This document shows, in pieces, positions 1-9,093 of a stretch of DNA of 32,000 nt. This stretch comes from Propionibacteriaceae bacterium (GTDB lineage: Bacteria > Actinomycetota > Actinomycetes > Propionibacteriales > Propionibacteriaceae). The notes below the pieces were generated by a model, which did no database searches, had not been told where the DNA came from, and saw nothing but the letters and a program-made list of their open reading frames with translations. The DNA lies in assembly GCA_031256725.1 (NCBI GenBank), contig JAIRQE010000021.1:150001-182000 (forward strand), in the 5' to 3' direction. Both the position numbers and the translations under genes were made by a program. Position 1 is the stretch's first letter, and each line of letters begins with the position of its first letter.

Positions 1-61
1 CTGCCCGACCTACCAAGAGATTGTTGAATCTCAGATGACTGCAGAGGAGGCACTGGCATGA
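1..61 (+). CDS. 3-prime end of an ABC exporter gene (partial, continues upstream of the window)
   Basis: Frame 2 reads CPTYQEIVESQMTAEEALA then TGA at 59-61. This tail resembles the C-terminus of type-B ABC exporters. The stop overlaps the ATG of the next ABC gene (ATGA), as is usual for heterodimeric exporter pairs. Confidence 0.5.
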   Translation, partial: CPTYQEIVESQMTAEEALA

Positions 62-2154
62 GCAAGAATCCTCAGGTCGACACCCTAACAACTGGTACTG
101 CCTCCGAGGCCCCTAAAGCCAACGAGCGCCCCAAATTTGGTCCTCCACGAAGGGGTCATGGTCCCATGGGTCATGGTGGTGCTCCCACTGAGAAGGCGAT
201 CAACTTCATCCCCAGTTTGAAGAGACTCCTCACCTATCTCAGACCCGAAAAGATCAGGCTGCTCATTGTGCTGATTGCGGGGATCATTGCAACTGCTCTT
301 AACGTCTATGCACCTAAGCTGCTAGGTCGAGCTACGGATACGATCTTCTCGGGTGTAATCGGAACGATGATCGGAAATCAGTTGTCGAATCCCGAGATCG
401 CGGCTGCTCTGCCTCAGGTGTGCGCCCAAATCGGATGTGATCCGAATAACCTCACCAAGGATGACGTGCTGGCGCTGATGGAGATCATGTCCCAGAACTC
501 GGATGTGGGTTCACCGATCCCATCCTCCATGACGGACATGTTGAGCGCAATCGACTTTATCCCAGGTGTGGGCGTTGATTTTGCTCGCCTCGCCACGATC
601 ATCGCCATCGCTGTGGGACTCTATGTCGTCGCAGCCCTAGTAATGATCACTGTCGGGTGGATACTCAACGGTATTGTCCAGCGAACCGTCTTCTCCATGA
701 GGACTCAGATGGCGGCCAAACTCGACCAACTCCCTCTGTCCTATTTCGATCGTCAGGCGCGCGGTGAACTCCTGTCGAGGGTTACCAATGACATCGACAA
801 CATCTCTCAGTCTCTTCAACAGACCCTCTCGCAGGTGATGACTGCTGTACTGACTGTTCTGGGTGTCCTCATCATGATGGTGACGATCTCGCCATTGTTG
901 ACAGTGGTAGCCGTGGTCACAATCCCGGTATCCATCCTTGTCGTCATGCAGATCGCTAAGCGTTCACAGCGGAAATTTGCGGCTATGTGGGCGGCCACTG
1001 GCGAACTCAATGCCCAGATTGAGGAGGCGTACTCTGGTCACGCTTTGGTGAAGGTCTTCGGTCGTCAACCCGAGGTTTCTGAGGTCGTGGACAAGAAGAA
1101 TGAGGAACTCTATGGGGCCGCTTTTGGGGCTCAGGCTCTTTCGAACTCGATCATGCCCATTATGGGTTTCATCGGAAACCTCGGCTATGTCGTCATTGCA
1201 GTCGTGGGTGGCTTGCGCGTTGCCTCAGGCCACATCTCTCTTGGTGATGTCCAGGCCTTCATCCAGTACTCCCGCCAGTTCACTCAACCAGTGAACCAGA
1301 TCGCATCAATGATGAATCTCTTGCAATCAGGCGTGGCCTCAGCTGAGAGGGTCTTCGAGGTACTGGATGAGACTGAGCAGACTCTAGATGGTCCCCAGTC
1401 TCTGCCTGAACCATTGGAGGGTCGCGTGGTGTTCGCCAACGTGGCCTTCTCCTATGATCCAACCAAGCCCCTGATCACGGACTTGGATCTTGTTGCTCTG
1501 CCCGGTCAGACCATCGCTATCGTTGGCCCGACTGGAGCTGGAAAGACCACACTGGTCAACCTTCTCATGCGCTTCTATGACATTAATGCTGGTCACATCA
1601 GTTTGGATGGTGTGGACACTGCTGCCGTACCCAGGGCTGCACTACGCGGCGAGGTTGGTATGGTACTCCAAGAAACTTGGCTCTTCCACGGTACGATCCG
1701 TGAGAACATCGCCTACGGTCGTCCTGATGCCACTGAGGAAGAGCTCATGGAGGCCGCTAAGGCAACCTACGTCGACCGCTTCGTACGCTCCCTGCCTGAG
1801 GGATACGACACTGTCATCGACGAGGAGGGTTCCAATGTTTCCGCTGGCGAGAAACAGCTCATCACGATTGCCAGGGCCTTCCTCGCTGATCCGTCGATCC
1901 TGATCCTTGATGAGGCAACATCCTCTGTTGACACCCGTACCGAAGTCCTAGTTCAACGAGCCATGGGTGCCCTGCGTAAGAATCGCACCTCCTTTGTGAT
2001 CGCTCATCGACTCTCGACGATCCGTGATGCCGACACTATTTTGGTCCTTGATCACGGTGACATCGTTGAGCAGGGGAGCCATAAGGAGTTACTGCGGGCC
2101 AAGGGTGCCTACTATGAGTTGTACCAATCGCAGTTCTCGGCTGGGCATGACTAA
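58..2154 (+). CDS. ABC transporter, fused permease/ATP-binding protein (type-B exporter)
   Basis: 698-aa ORF with SD GAGGAGG about 8 nt upstream. The N-terminal part is a multi-TM exporter domain with a long first external loop. The NBD has Walker A GPTGAGKTT, signature VSAGEKQ, Walker B ILILDEATS and H-loop AHRLST. Confidence 0.95.
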   Translation: MSKNPQVDTLTTGTASEAPKANERPKFGPPRRGHGPMGHGGAPTEKAINFIPSLKRLLTYLRPEKIRLLIVLIAGIIATALNVYAPKLLGRATDTIFSGVIGTMIGNQLSNPEIAAALPQVCAQIGCDPNNLTKDDVLALMEIMSQNSDVGSPIPSSMTDMLSAIDFIPGVGVDFARLATIIAIAVGLYVVAALVMITVGWILNGIVQRTVFSMRTQMAAKLDQLPLSYFDRQARGELLSRVTNDIDNISQSLQQTLSQVMTAVLTVLGVLIMMVTISPLLTVVAVVTIPVSILVVMQIAKRSQRKFAAMWAATGELNAQIEEAYSGHALVKVFGRQPEVSEVVDKKNEELYGAAFGAQALSNSIMPIMGFIGNLGYVVIAVVGGLRVASGHISLGDVQAFIQYSRQFTQPVNQIASMMNLLQSGVASAERVFEVLDETEQTLDGPQSLPEPLEGRVVFANVAFSYDPTKPLITDLDLVALPGQTIAIVGPTGAGKTTLVNLLMRFYDINAGHISLDGVDTAAVPRAALRGEVGMVLQETWLFHGTIRENIAYGRPDATEEELMEAAKATYVDRFVRSLPEGYDTVIDEEGSNVSAGEKQLITIARAFLADPSILILDEATSSVDTRTEVLVQRAMGALRKNRTSFVIAHRLSTIRDADTILVLDHGDIVEQGSHKELLRAKGAYYELYQSQFSAGHD

Positions 2155-2189
2155 AGATTCTACGTATCCGTGGAGGTTATGATCTATCT

Positions 2190-2474
2190 ATGTCTGAGTT
2201 GAGTACATTCACAGGTACTGTCGAAGTTTTTGATCTGGAGATGGGTTGGCATTATGTCTCAGTACCCACCGAACTCGTGGACCCGTGGAGGCATCGCGCT
2301 GAACGAGGGTTGATCGCTATCACGGCACATCTGGGGGAGCACTCATGGTCTACCTCCCTGCTCCCAAAAGGAGATGGTACTCACTTCATTGCTTTGGCTG
2401 CTCCGCTGCGGAAGAAGGTGGGGATCACTGTGGATGACACGGTGACCCTGAGTTTCGAGCCACGAAACCGGTGA
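2190..2474 (+). CDS. DUF1905-like small protein
   Basis: 94-aa ORF 35 nt after the ABC gene. The pattern GWHYVSVP...IAITAHLGEHSWSTSLLPKGDGTHFIAL...RKKVGITVDDTVTL matches my memory of the DUF1905 family. Confidence 0.7.
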   Translation: MSELSTFTGTVEVFDLEMGWHYVSVPTELVDPWRHRAERGLIAITAHLGEHSWSTSLLPKGDGTHFIALAAPLRKKVGITVDDTVTLSFEPRNR

Positions 2475-2530
2475 CTGCTGGTACTTGCTCTGATTGGCTT
2501 GGACGTGGATGTACATGGACTTGTGTACGT

Positions 2531-2634
2531 AGAGAGTGGGATAGATCTATTCTGGACGCATTCACCGAGGTGTCTGGGGGCAGACAACTCCTCCATTCGG
2601 GGGGACGGTCCAGAACAGATCTATCCCACCCTCT
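2531..2634. repeat. 27-bp imperfect inverted repeat (25/27 complementary) with a 50-nt spacer holding a nested 6-bp hairpin
   Basis: Left arm agagagtgggatagatctattctggac (2531-2557). Right arm gtccagaacagatctatcccaccctct (2608-2634). The nested hairpin is tgtctg-gggg-cagaca at 2571-2586. The element lies 57 nt after the DUF1905 stop. Confidence 0.8.
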
Positions 2635-2749
2635 GCTTGTCGTGATGAACATGGATTCCGCCTCGGGTCATGTTGATTAATGCGTTGGCATCCTCATACC
2701 CCGGTAAAACCCAGCAAACCTCCCCTAATCATCAGAGTATCTGTTTATT

Positions 2750-2801
2750 GGGCTGGGTTGTACCTTTGTCTTTAAAGAAATCTGAGGGTACAACTCAGCC
2801 C
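2750..2801. repeat. 15-bp stem hairpin (one G-U pair) with a 22-nt AT-rich loop
   Basis: gggctgggttgtacc (2750-2764) pairs with ggtacaactcagccc (2787-2801). No T-run follows, so the function (terminator or regulatory) is undetermined. Confidence 0.6.
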
Positions 2802-2856
2802 GACTCCTTGATGGAGCCCAAAATGGGGGACTTGGGTTGACTTTCAGTCGATGGGT

Positions 2857-2939
2857 GTGTCATGGGGACGTGTAAAATGACACGGTTTTGGGGTGTCACA
2901 CCTCATTGCCTTGGTGGGGAGATCAGGTGTGGATGACAC
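2857..2939. promoter_or_regulatory. Array of alternating GTGTCA(T/C) / ATGACAC half-sites upstream of pfk; candidate operator cluster
   Basis: GTGTCAT at 2857-2863, ATGACAC at 2877-2883, GTGTCAC at 2893-2899 and ATGACAC at 2933-2939. A perfect palindrome CGTGT-N6-ACACG lies at 2869-2884. The array sits 120-200 nt upstream of the pfk ATG at 3059. Confidence 0.35.
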
Positions 2940-3058
2940 ATCGAAGACTCCTGGGTCTTGGTGGGTACCGAATCCCTGCTGTGCCTAGACGCAGAAACTC
3001 AAAGGCGGAACCGACGGTTATCTCAGCCGAGACACAATACGATAGAGGGGTGTATACG

Positions 3059-5296
3059 ATGACACCTCAGGATTTGCGGGGATCTGCCGCGGGAAAAAAG
3101 ATCGGCGTACTCACCGGCGGGGGGGATGCCCAGGGTATGAATGCAGCGCTACGAGCGGTGGTTCGTACTGCTATCTATGCGGGGGCTCAACCCTATGCTA
3201 TCCGCGAAGGGTACCAGGGGATGATCGATGGCGGGGATGGGATCACTCCCTTCCATTGGGATGATGCCTCCGGGATACTCAACAGGGGAGGTACAGTCAT
3301 TGGTACCTTCCGCTCCAAGGAGTTCATCACCCGGGAGGGCCAACTCAAAGCAGCATCCAACCTTGTCAACCTGGGGATTGACCGACTTATTGTTATCGGT
3401 GGTGACGGCTCACTTACGGGACTCAACGAGTTCCAGGAAAACTGGAGCGGCCTCATCGATGAACTCCTTGAGCAGTCTAGGATCACAGCGAAACAGCACA
3501 AGGCCCATCCGAAACTCATGTGTGCAGGACTCATGGGTTCCATTGATAACGATCTTGTCGGAACAGATATGACTATTGGTGTCGATTCTGCCCTTCATCG
3601 AATCCGCGAAGCTATCGATGCTATCTCGTCGACTGCCGCCTCCCATCAACGCTGCTTCGTTGTTGAAGTGATGGGCCGCAATTGTGGCTACCTGGGTCTC
3701 GCGGCTGCCATCTCTGGGGGCTGCGATTATGTCCTCGTTCCTGAACTTCCGCCCGAGGATGGCTGGGAGAAAACGATGTGTGAGCAGTTGCGGGCCTCCC
3801 GTGAGGCTGGGCGCAAGGATTCGATTGTGATCATAGCTGAGGGGGCGATCACCCGCGATGGAAAAGATATCTCAACCGAACATGTACGCTCTACTATTGA
3901 GGAGAGCCTGGGTGAGGAGGCCCGTGTCACCATCCTCGGACATGTCCAAAGAGGTGGTACCCCAAGCGCCTATGACCGCTGGGCCTCCACCTGGTTGGGG
4001 TACGAGGCGGCGGCCCATGTGCTCACTGCATCCGGGGATGATCCTGGCCCAGTCTTCGGCCTCCATGGTGAAGAGATCGTACGTCTACCCCTAGTCAAGG
4101 CTATTGCCGACACTCGAAGTGTGTCTGGACTCATCGCCAAGGGGGAGTACGACACGGTACTCGCTATGCGTGGTACCGAATTCACGGACTTGATCCGCAT
4201 CTTCACTGAACTGTCGAAGCCGAAACGTACAGAAGCCCAAGCCTCGGATAAGAGAATCGGGATCATCCATGCTGGGGCTCTTTCGCCTGGAATGAATACT
4301 GCGGCCCGGGCAGCCGTCTGGTTGGGGATCTCGCGGGGGTACCAGGTCGTTGGTATTGAGGATGGTTTCCTTGGTCTCGCGAGCGGCGAGATTGTGGACC
4401 TCACTTGGAAGGATGTGGATGGCTGGACCCAGGAGGGTGGAGCTGTATTGGGCACAAGGCGTCATATCCCAACGGTTGAGGAACTCTATGCGATCTCCCG
4501 TTCCATAGAGTCAGCCAAGATTGATGGCCTGCTCGTCATTGGTGGTTGGAATGCCTACGAGGCTGTGGCTCTGATCAACGAGGAGCGCAGCCGCTACCCG
4601 GCCCTCCAGATTCCTATCGTGTGTGTACCAGCCGCCATCGACAACAATCTTCCAGGTACAACCATGTGCATTGGCGCTGATACCGCTCTCAACCATATCG
4701 TCGACTCTATCGATAAGGTGAAGATGTCAGCCTCAGCATCCCAGCGCTGTTTCGTCATCGAAACCATGGGTCGCGACTGCGGGTACCTCGCTCTCATGGG
4801 TGGGGTTGCCGGTGGTGCTGAACAGGTGTACCTCCCTGAAACCGGTGTGACCTTGGAGGGGATCCGTACCGATATTGAGTGGGTCAAGATGAGTTTTGAC
4901 ACCCACGGTCGCTCCTTCTTTTTAGCGGTACGAAACGAGAACGCGAACCATAATTACACAACAAGAGTTCTCGCTCACCTCCTTGATGAGGAGGGCCATG
5001 GGAGGTACGACACACGTACCCTGGTCATTGGCCACACCCAGCAAGGCGATGCTCCTTCTCCTGCTGATCGACTCCTTGCCACCCGTCTCACCGATTCCGC
5101 CATCACCCACCTTGGTAAGCAGATTTCCTCAGGCGACAAGGGGATTCTCTGCGTAGGTACGGAAGACAACGAGGTGTACGTCTCCAAGATCACTGATGCC
5201 ATGGAAACCACCGATCCCATCAACCAACGCCCCCAGGAACCCTGGTGGCTTCCCCTCAAACAGATCGTAGACTCCATCAACCGCGAACCTGAATAG
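3059..5296 (+). CDS. pfkA: ATP-dependent 6-phosphofructokinase, tandem-duplicated two-domain (eukaryote-type) form
   Basis: I place the start at ATG 3059 (SD AGAGGGG 8 nt upstream) rather than track start 2888. The N half has GGDAQGMNAA, IGGDGSLTG, GSIDND, MGRNCGYL and GHVQRGGTPSAYDR. The C half is a second PFK fold with HAGALSPGMNTAA, IGGWNAYEA, AAIDNN, MGRDCGYL and GHTQQGDAPSPADR. Confidence 0.9.
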   Translation: MTPQDLRGSAAGKKIGVLTGGGDAQGMNAALRAVVRTAIYAGAQPYAIREGYQGMIDGGDGITPFHWDDASGILNRGGTVIGTFRSKEFITREGQLKAASNLVNLGIDRLIVIGGDGSLTGLNEFQENWSGLIDELLEQSRITAKQHKAHPKLMCAGLMGSIDNDLVGTDMTIGVDSALHRIREAIDAISSTAASHQRCFVVEVMGRNCGYLGLAAAISGGCDYVLVPELPPEDGWEKTMCEQLRASREAGRKDSIVIIAEGAITRDGKDISTEHVRSTIEESLGEEARVTILGHVQRGGTPSAYDRWASTWLGYEAAAHVLTASGDDPGPVFGLHGEEIVRLPLVKAIADTRSVSGLIAKGEYDTVLAMRGTEFTDLIRIFTELSKPKRTEAQASDKRIGIIHAGALSPGMNTAARAAVWLGISRGYQVVGIEDGFLGLASGEIVDLTWKDVDGWTQEGGAVLGTRRHIPTVEELYAISRSIESAKIDGLLVIGGWNAYEAVALINEERSRYPALQIPIVCVPAAIDNNLPGTTMCIGADTALNHIVDSIDKVKMSASASQRCFVIETMGRDCGYLALMGGVAGGAEQVYLPETGVTLEGIRTDIEWVKMSFDTHGRSFFLAVRNENANHNYTTRVLAHLLDEEGHGRYDTRTLVIGHTQQGDAPSPADRLLATRLTDSAITHLGKQISSGDKGILCVGTEDNEVYVSKITDAMETTDPINQRPQEPWWLPLKQIVDSINREPE

Positions 5297-5389
5297 TCCT
5301 TGGTACTCACGCCACCTAGTCCTCCCGTAATCCTAACTTCATCCTTAGGGATGACTGCTTAGGTAGTCTCGGTCTGGAAAGATAGGTAC

Positions 5390-6271
5390 ATGAACGTGAG
5401 CGTGGTACCACTGGGGGTACTCTCGGCTGCCCTGGCAGCGGGGTTGGTGATCACCCTTGTCATGTTTACGAGGTACCGTGCCAGCCGCAGAGCCTTGGAT
5501 GAGGCCCGTAGTGAAGCCATGGTGGCTGAGCGGGAGATTATTGAACAGAAGGCGATGGAGTTCGAACGTACCCGAATCTTGAGGGAGATGCACGACATCA
5601 TCGCTCACTCTTTGGCGATCATGGTGGCTCAAGCTGATGGTGGAAGCTTTATCTCCCATGATGGTGAGGCCGCTCGACGGGCCTTTGAGACTATCGCCGA
5701 TACGGGGCGGGCAGCCGTTGACGAAACCCGACGGGTACTTGGGATGTTGAAGTCGCAACCTGAGAGCAACGAGTTGGCGCCCATGCCAGGCCAGTTCAGT
5801 ATTGATCGCCTAGTCGAGGCGATGAAAACCGCTGGGATGAATCTGTACCACATCCGATTGGGGGAGACGCGCACACTGCCCGCAAGTTTGGGGCTGACCT
5901 TGTACAGGATCTGCCAGGAGGCTCTCACGAATGTTATGCGCCATGCCAGTGAGGACTCTGAGGTAGCGATCACTGAGAATTGGAAACGCTTTGAGGTGAT
6001 TTTTACGATCACCAACCAGGGTGGTACGCAGCCCCCGCGGGGGCTCCCGGGCGCTGGTCAGGGGATCCTCGGCATGAAGGAACGAGCCAGTTTGGTTGGT
6101 GCCACTCTCACGGCTCAGGAGATGGAAGACGGCTTTAAAGTACGTCTGATACTCCCGTTGCCAGACCCTGAGGTGATGGTTCTACCACAGACTGCTGCGG
6201 TGAGCGAAGTGTCAGGGGACGAAGTGTCGGAGGACACTGGCACCCGAGAATCATTACCACAGGAGTCATAA
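5390..6271 (+). CDS. Sensor histidine kinase, HisKA_3 (NarL/LiaS-type), single N-terminal TM and no sensor domain
   Basis: 293-aa ORF with one TM (VVPLGVLSAALAAGLVITLVMF). It has H-box EMHDIIAHSL, N-box QEALTNVMRHA and G-box GAGQGILGMKERA. An in-frame TAG with no alternative start lies upstream, so the short N-terminus is real. Confidence 0.9.
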   Translation: MNVSVVPLGVLSAALAAGLVITLVMFTRYRASRRALDEARSEAMVAEREIIEQKAMEFERTRILREMHDIIAHSLAIMVAQADGGSFISHDGEAARRAFETIADTGRAAVDETRRVLGMLKSQPESNELAPMPGQFSIDRLVEAMKTAGMNLYHIRLGETRTLPASLGLTLYRICQEALTNVMRHASEDSEVAITENWKRFEVIFTITNQGGTQPPRGLPGAGQGILGMKERASLVGATLTAQEMEDGFKVRLILPLPDPEVMVLPQTAAVSEVSGDEVSEDTGTRESLPQES

Positions 6272-6292
6272 AGCTTCGAAGGAGGACGACTC

Positions 6293-6973
6293 ATGACCAA
6301 GATAGCTAATCCGTTGCGAGTGGTGTTGGTGGACGACCAGCAACTTGTCAGCGCAGGGTTGCGAATGATCATCGACTCTCAAGACGACATGATGGTTGCT
6401 GGTGAAGCCTCAACCGGAGTGGAAGCGGTAGCACTACTGTCCAGGATCGAAACCGATGTGGTCCTGATGGATGTGCGCATGCCTGACATGGATGGGATTG
6501 AGGCCACGCGTCAGATCCTGGCACCCAGTATCGACCCGAGTAGAGGCCCCAAGATCATCATCCTTACCACCTTCGATTTGGATGAGTACCTCTTGGCTGC
6601 GATCCACGCTGGCGCCTCAGGGTTCCTCCTCAAGAATGCTCCACCCCTTGACCTTCTGTCAGCCATCCGTACAGTCCACTCAGGTGATGGAGTTATTGCG
6701 CCCTCATCGACCAAACGTCTGATCGAGCATGTGGCAACCCAAGTATCTACACCGATGACCCCCAGAGATTTCGACTGTCTCACCGATCGTGAACGTGAGG
6801 TACTCCTTTTGGTCGCCAAGGGGATGAGTAACAGCGAAATCTCGGCAGTTCTCTTCCTGTCTGAAGCCACTGTGAAAACCCATGTCTCCAAGATCCTTGA
6901 GAAACTAGGCTGCCGGGATAGGGTACAAGCCGTCGTAGAGGCCTATGAGGGAGGATTGGTACGTCCCACCTAG
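6293..6973 (+). CDS. Response regulator, NarL/LuxR family
   Basis: 226 aa with SD GAAGGAGGA. The receiver domain has [13 protein letters not shown]. The C-terminal LuxR HTH reads [44 protein letters not shown]. Confidence 0.95.
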   Translation: MTKIANPLRVVLVDDQQLVSAGLRMIIDSQDDMMVAGEASTGVEAVALLSRIETDVVLMDVRMPDMDGIEATRQILAPSIDPSRGPKIIILTTFDLDEYLLAAIHAGASGFLLKNAPPLDLLSAIRTVHSGDGVIAPSSTKRLIEHVATQVSTPMTPRDFDCLTDREREVLLLVAKGMSNSEISAVLFLSEATVKTHVSKILEKLGCRDRVQAVVEAYEGGLVRPT

Positions 6974-8406
6974 TCGATGTGGGCCAACTCCATCTCGTCT
7001 TCTGGTTCCACTTCAGGGATGCGCAAAGTGAATTGGGCGCCCCCAGTTTTAGCATTATCGACCTCGACAGTACCACCGTGAGCAGTAACCGTGTGAGCGA
7101 CAATAGACAGACCCAATCCAGTACCAGGGGTGTTCCTTGATAGATCCGAGCGGTAGAACCGCTCAAAGATGTGATCCCGGTCCTCTTCGGCGATACCAGG
7201 GCCCTCATCGGTGATTACGAGCCCCTCCGAATCAAGACGTACTGTGATCGTACCTCCCTGGGGAGAGAATTTTACCGCGTTGTCGAGGAGATTTGTGATG
7301 GCCCTCTCCAGGGTTGCGGCATCACCCATGACATAGAGGGGCTTCATGGAAACATCAAAGATCATTGAGGGGCCTCGACGTTGTGCCCGAGAAATTGCCC
7401 GATCCACAACTGCTGAGAAGTCGACCTCCATGAAGTTCGTGGGTTCAACCGCACCACGACTGAGCATCACCAGATCGTTGACCAGGGAAGTGAACTCGCT
7501 CAATTGGGCGGCCACATCGGAGAGGATTTGGGTACGCGCCTCCTCAGGTAACATCTGGGCACTGTCGTCAGCGATAAGCAACTCGACATTGGTTCTCATA
7601 CTTGTGAGAGGGGTACGCAACTCGTGACCCGCATCGGCGATCAAACGATTCTGTTGTGTACGTGAAGCGGCTAGGGACTCCATCATGACGTTGAAGGAGT
7701 GCTTCAGATCAGCCACCTCGGAGGCTCCGCGTACCTCAATAGTAGTGAGTTCGTCAGCCGAGGTGATCCCTGAGACCACTGAGGTCAGGTCACGAATGGG
7801 GTTGAGGGTCGCTCCAGCGACGAGGAATGCAATGACAATAGAGACGGATACGGATGTGAGACTGATCAACGCTTGGAGTAGAGCGAGATTCGCCAGCGCG
7901 CTTGTGGTTGGATCAAGTGCCCTGGCGATGACCAGGGAATATGCTTCATTACTGGCGGCATCCACGAAGGGTACTGCGACAAGACGATAGGTCACATCAG
8001 CCTCAGAGACTCCGTTTCTAGCACTCGATCCCGATTGGAGTCGAGCCACCGCGATCTCAGCAAAGGAGGGGATCAGCGGTTGCTCGCGGTCGCCAAGCAG
8101 GATTTCGATATTCTTATTAGCCTTCACGAGAATGGCGACCACATTCTGTGTCTCCAAAGTGGAGATGTAGGACGGTGAGGATTCCTGGGTGTTCACCGAT
8201 AATTGGGTGGCGGTACGTTCCGCAATGGAGAGTAACTCCAGATCAAGTTGGCTGTAGAGGGAGATACGGGCCGCCTGATAGGTGACAACCCCGATGATCA
8301 ATGCCCCCAACACGAGTGTGAGTGCAGTCAAGAAAACGAGACGATAGCGCAGGGAGGTCCGCACCTGATGGGCGAAAGACCGAAGGCCAGCTATCATCCA
8401 CTGCAT
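6970..8406 (-). CDS. mprB: Sensor histidine kinase, MprB-like (two TM, HAMP, HisKA, HATPase)
   Basis: 478 aa with H-box GHELRTPLTSMRTNVELL, N-box LLDNAVKFSP, G1 DEGPGI and G2 GTGLGLSIV. It directly abuts the upstream response regulator gene (8406/8407). The mprB symbol rests on remembered similarity to M. tuberculosis MprB and is tentative. Confidence 0.85.
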   Translation of the reverse strand: MQWMIAGLRSFAHQVRTSLRYRLVFLTALTLVLGALIIGVVTYQAARISLYSQLDLELLSIAERTATQLSVNTQESSPSYISTLETQNVVAILVKANKNIEILLGDREQPLIPSFAEIAVARLQSGSSARNGVSEADVTYRLVAVPFVDAASNEAYSLVIARALDPTTSALANLALLQALISLTSVSVSIVIAFLVAGATLNPIRDLTSVVSGITSADELTTIEVRGASEVADLKHSFNVMMESLAASRTQQNRLIADAGHELRTPLTSMRTNVELLIADDSAQMLPEEARTQILSDVAAQLSEFTSLVNDLVMLSRGAVEPTNFMEVDFSAVVDRAISRAQRRGPSMIFDVSMKPLYVMGDAATLERAITNLLDNAVKFSPQGGTITVRLDSEGLVITDEGPGIAEEDRDHIFERFYRSDLSRNTPGTGLGLSIVAHTVTAHGGTVEVDNAKTGGAQFTLRIPEVEPEDEMELAHID

Positions 8407-9093
8407 CTATGCGGTTTCCTTCAAAACATAACCGATCCCACGGACCGTGTGAATCAGACGGGACTGATCCTCGGATTCGATCTTGCGCCGCAGATAACCA
8501 ATGTAGACCTCAAGGGAGTTTGCTGTCGTTGGGAAGTCGAACCCCCAGACCTCATTGAGTAACCAACTACGTTCCAGTACCCTGCGAGGATTCTCCATAA
8601 AGGCAAGCAGAAGGGCAAACTCTGTTCGGGTGAGCGAGATGTTTTGACCCCCACGTGTCACTTCACGGGTTTGGGGATCGAGGGTCAGATCCGAGAAGGA
8701 CAGCATCTGTGAAGGAGTACCCTCCTCCCCACTGTGGGCTCGCCGCGTCAAAGCCCGCAGGCGTGCCAGCAACTCATCAAGAGCGAACGGCTTGACCATA
8801 TAGTCGTCTGCGCCAGCATCAAGGCCGTCCACACGATCCTTGATCGCATCCCTTGCAGTGAGGACAAGGATGGGCACATCATTACCGGAGGCACGCAGCA
8901 TCCTTGTGGCCTCCAAGCCATCCAGTCTCGGCATCATGACATCCATAATGACAGCATCCACGTACCCATTGGACAGCTTTGCGAGAGCCTCAATCCCATC
9001 TTGGGCAGTGGTCACCTGATACCCCGTGTACTGTAGTGATCTCGCGAGGGAATCCCGTACAGCTTGGTCATCGTCAACGACAAGGATTTGCAT
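8407..9093 (-). CDS. mprA: Response regulator, OmpR family, MprA-like
   Basis: 228 aa. The receiver domain has [23 protein letters not shown] and [23 protein letters not shown]. The winged helix has [19 protein letters not shown]...[12 protein letters not shown]. The symbol is tentative because orthology was not tested. Confidence 0.85.
   Translation of the reverse strand: MQILVVDDDQAVRDSLARSLQYTGYQVTTAQDGIEALAKLSNGYVDAVIMDVMMPRLDGLEATRMLRASGNDVPILVLTARDAIKDRVDGLDAGADDYMVKPFALDELLARLRALTRRAHSGEEGTPSQMLSFSDLTLDPQTREVTRGGQNISLTRTEFALLLAFMENPRRVLERSWLLNEVWGFDFPTTANSLEVYIGYLRRKIESEDQSRLIHTVRGIGYVLKETA

Noticed and set aside
2471-2680. 69-aa plus-strand ORF spanning the intergenic region after the DUF1905 gene
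   Set aside because: It is built almost entirely from the two arms of the 2531-2634 inverted repeat. It has no SD and an implausible composition, so it is most likely an artefact of the palindrome.
2888-3058. 57-codon N-terminal extension of the pfk ORF in the track (non-ATG start at 2888; the sequence there reads ttg)
   Set aside because: The extension is Trp/Arg-rich, lacks PFK similarity and overlaps the GTGTCA motif array. ATG 3059 has a good SD (AGAGGGG) and sits just before the conserved GVLTGGGDAQGMNA start of the fold.
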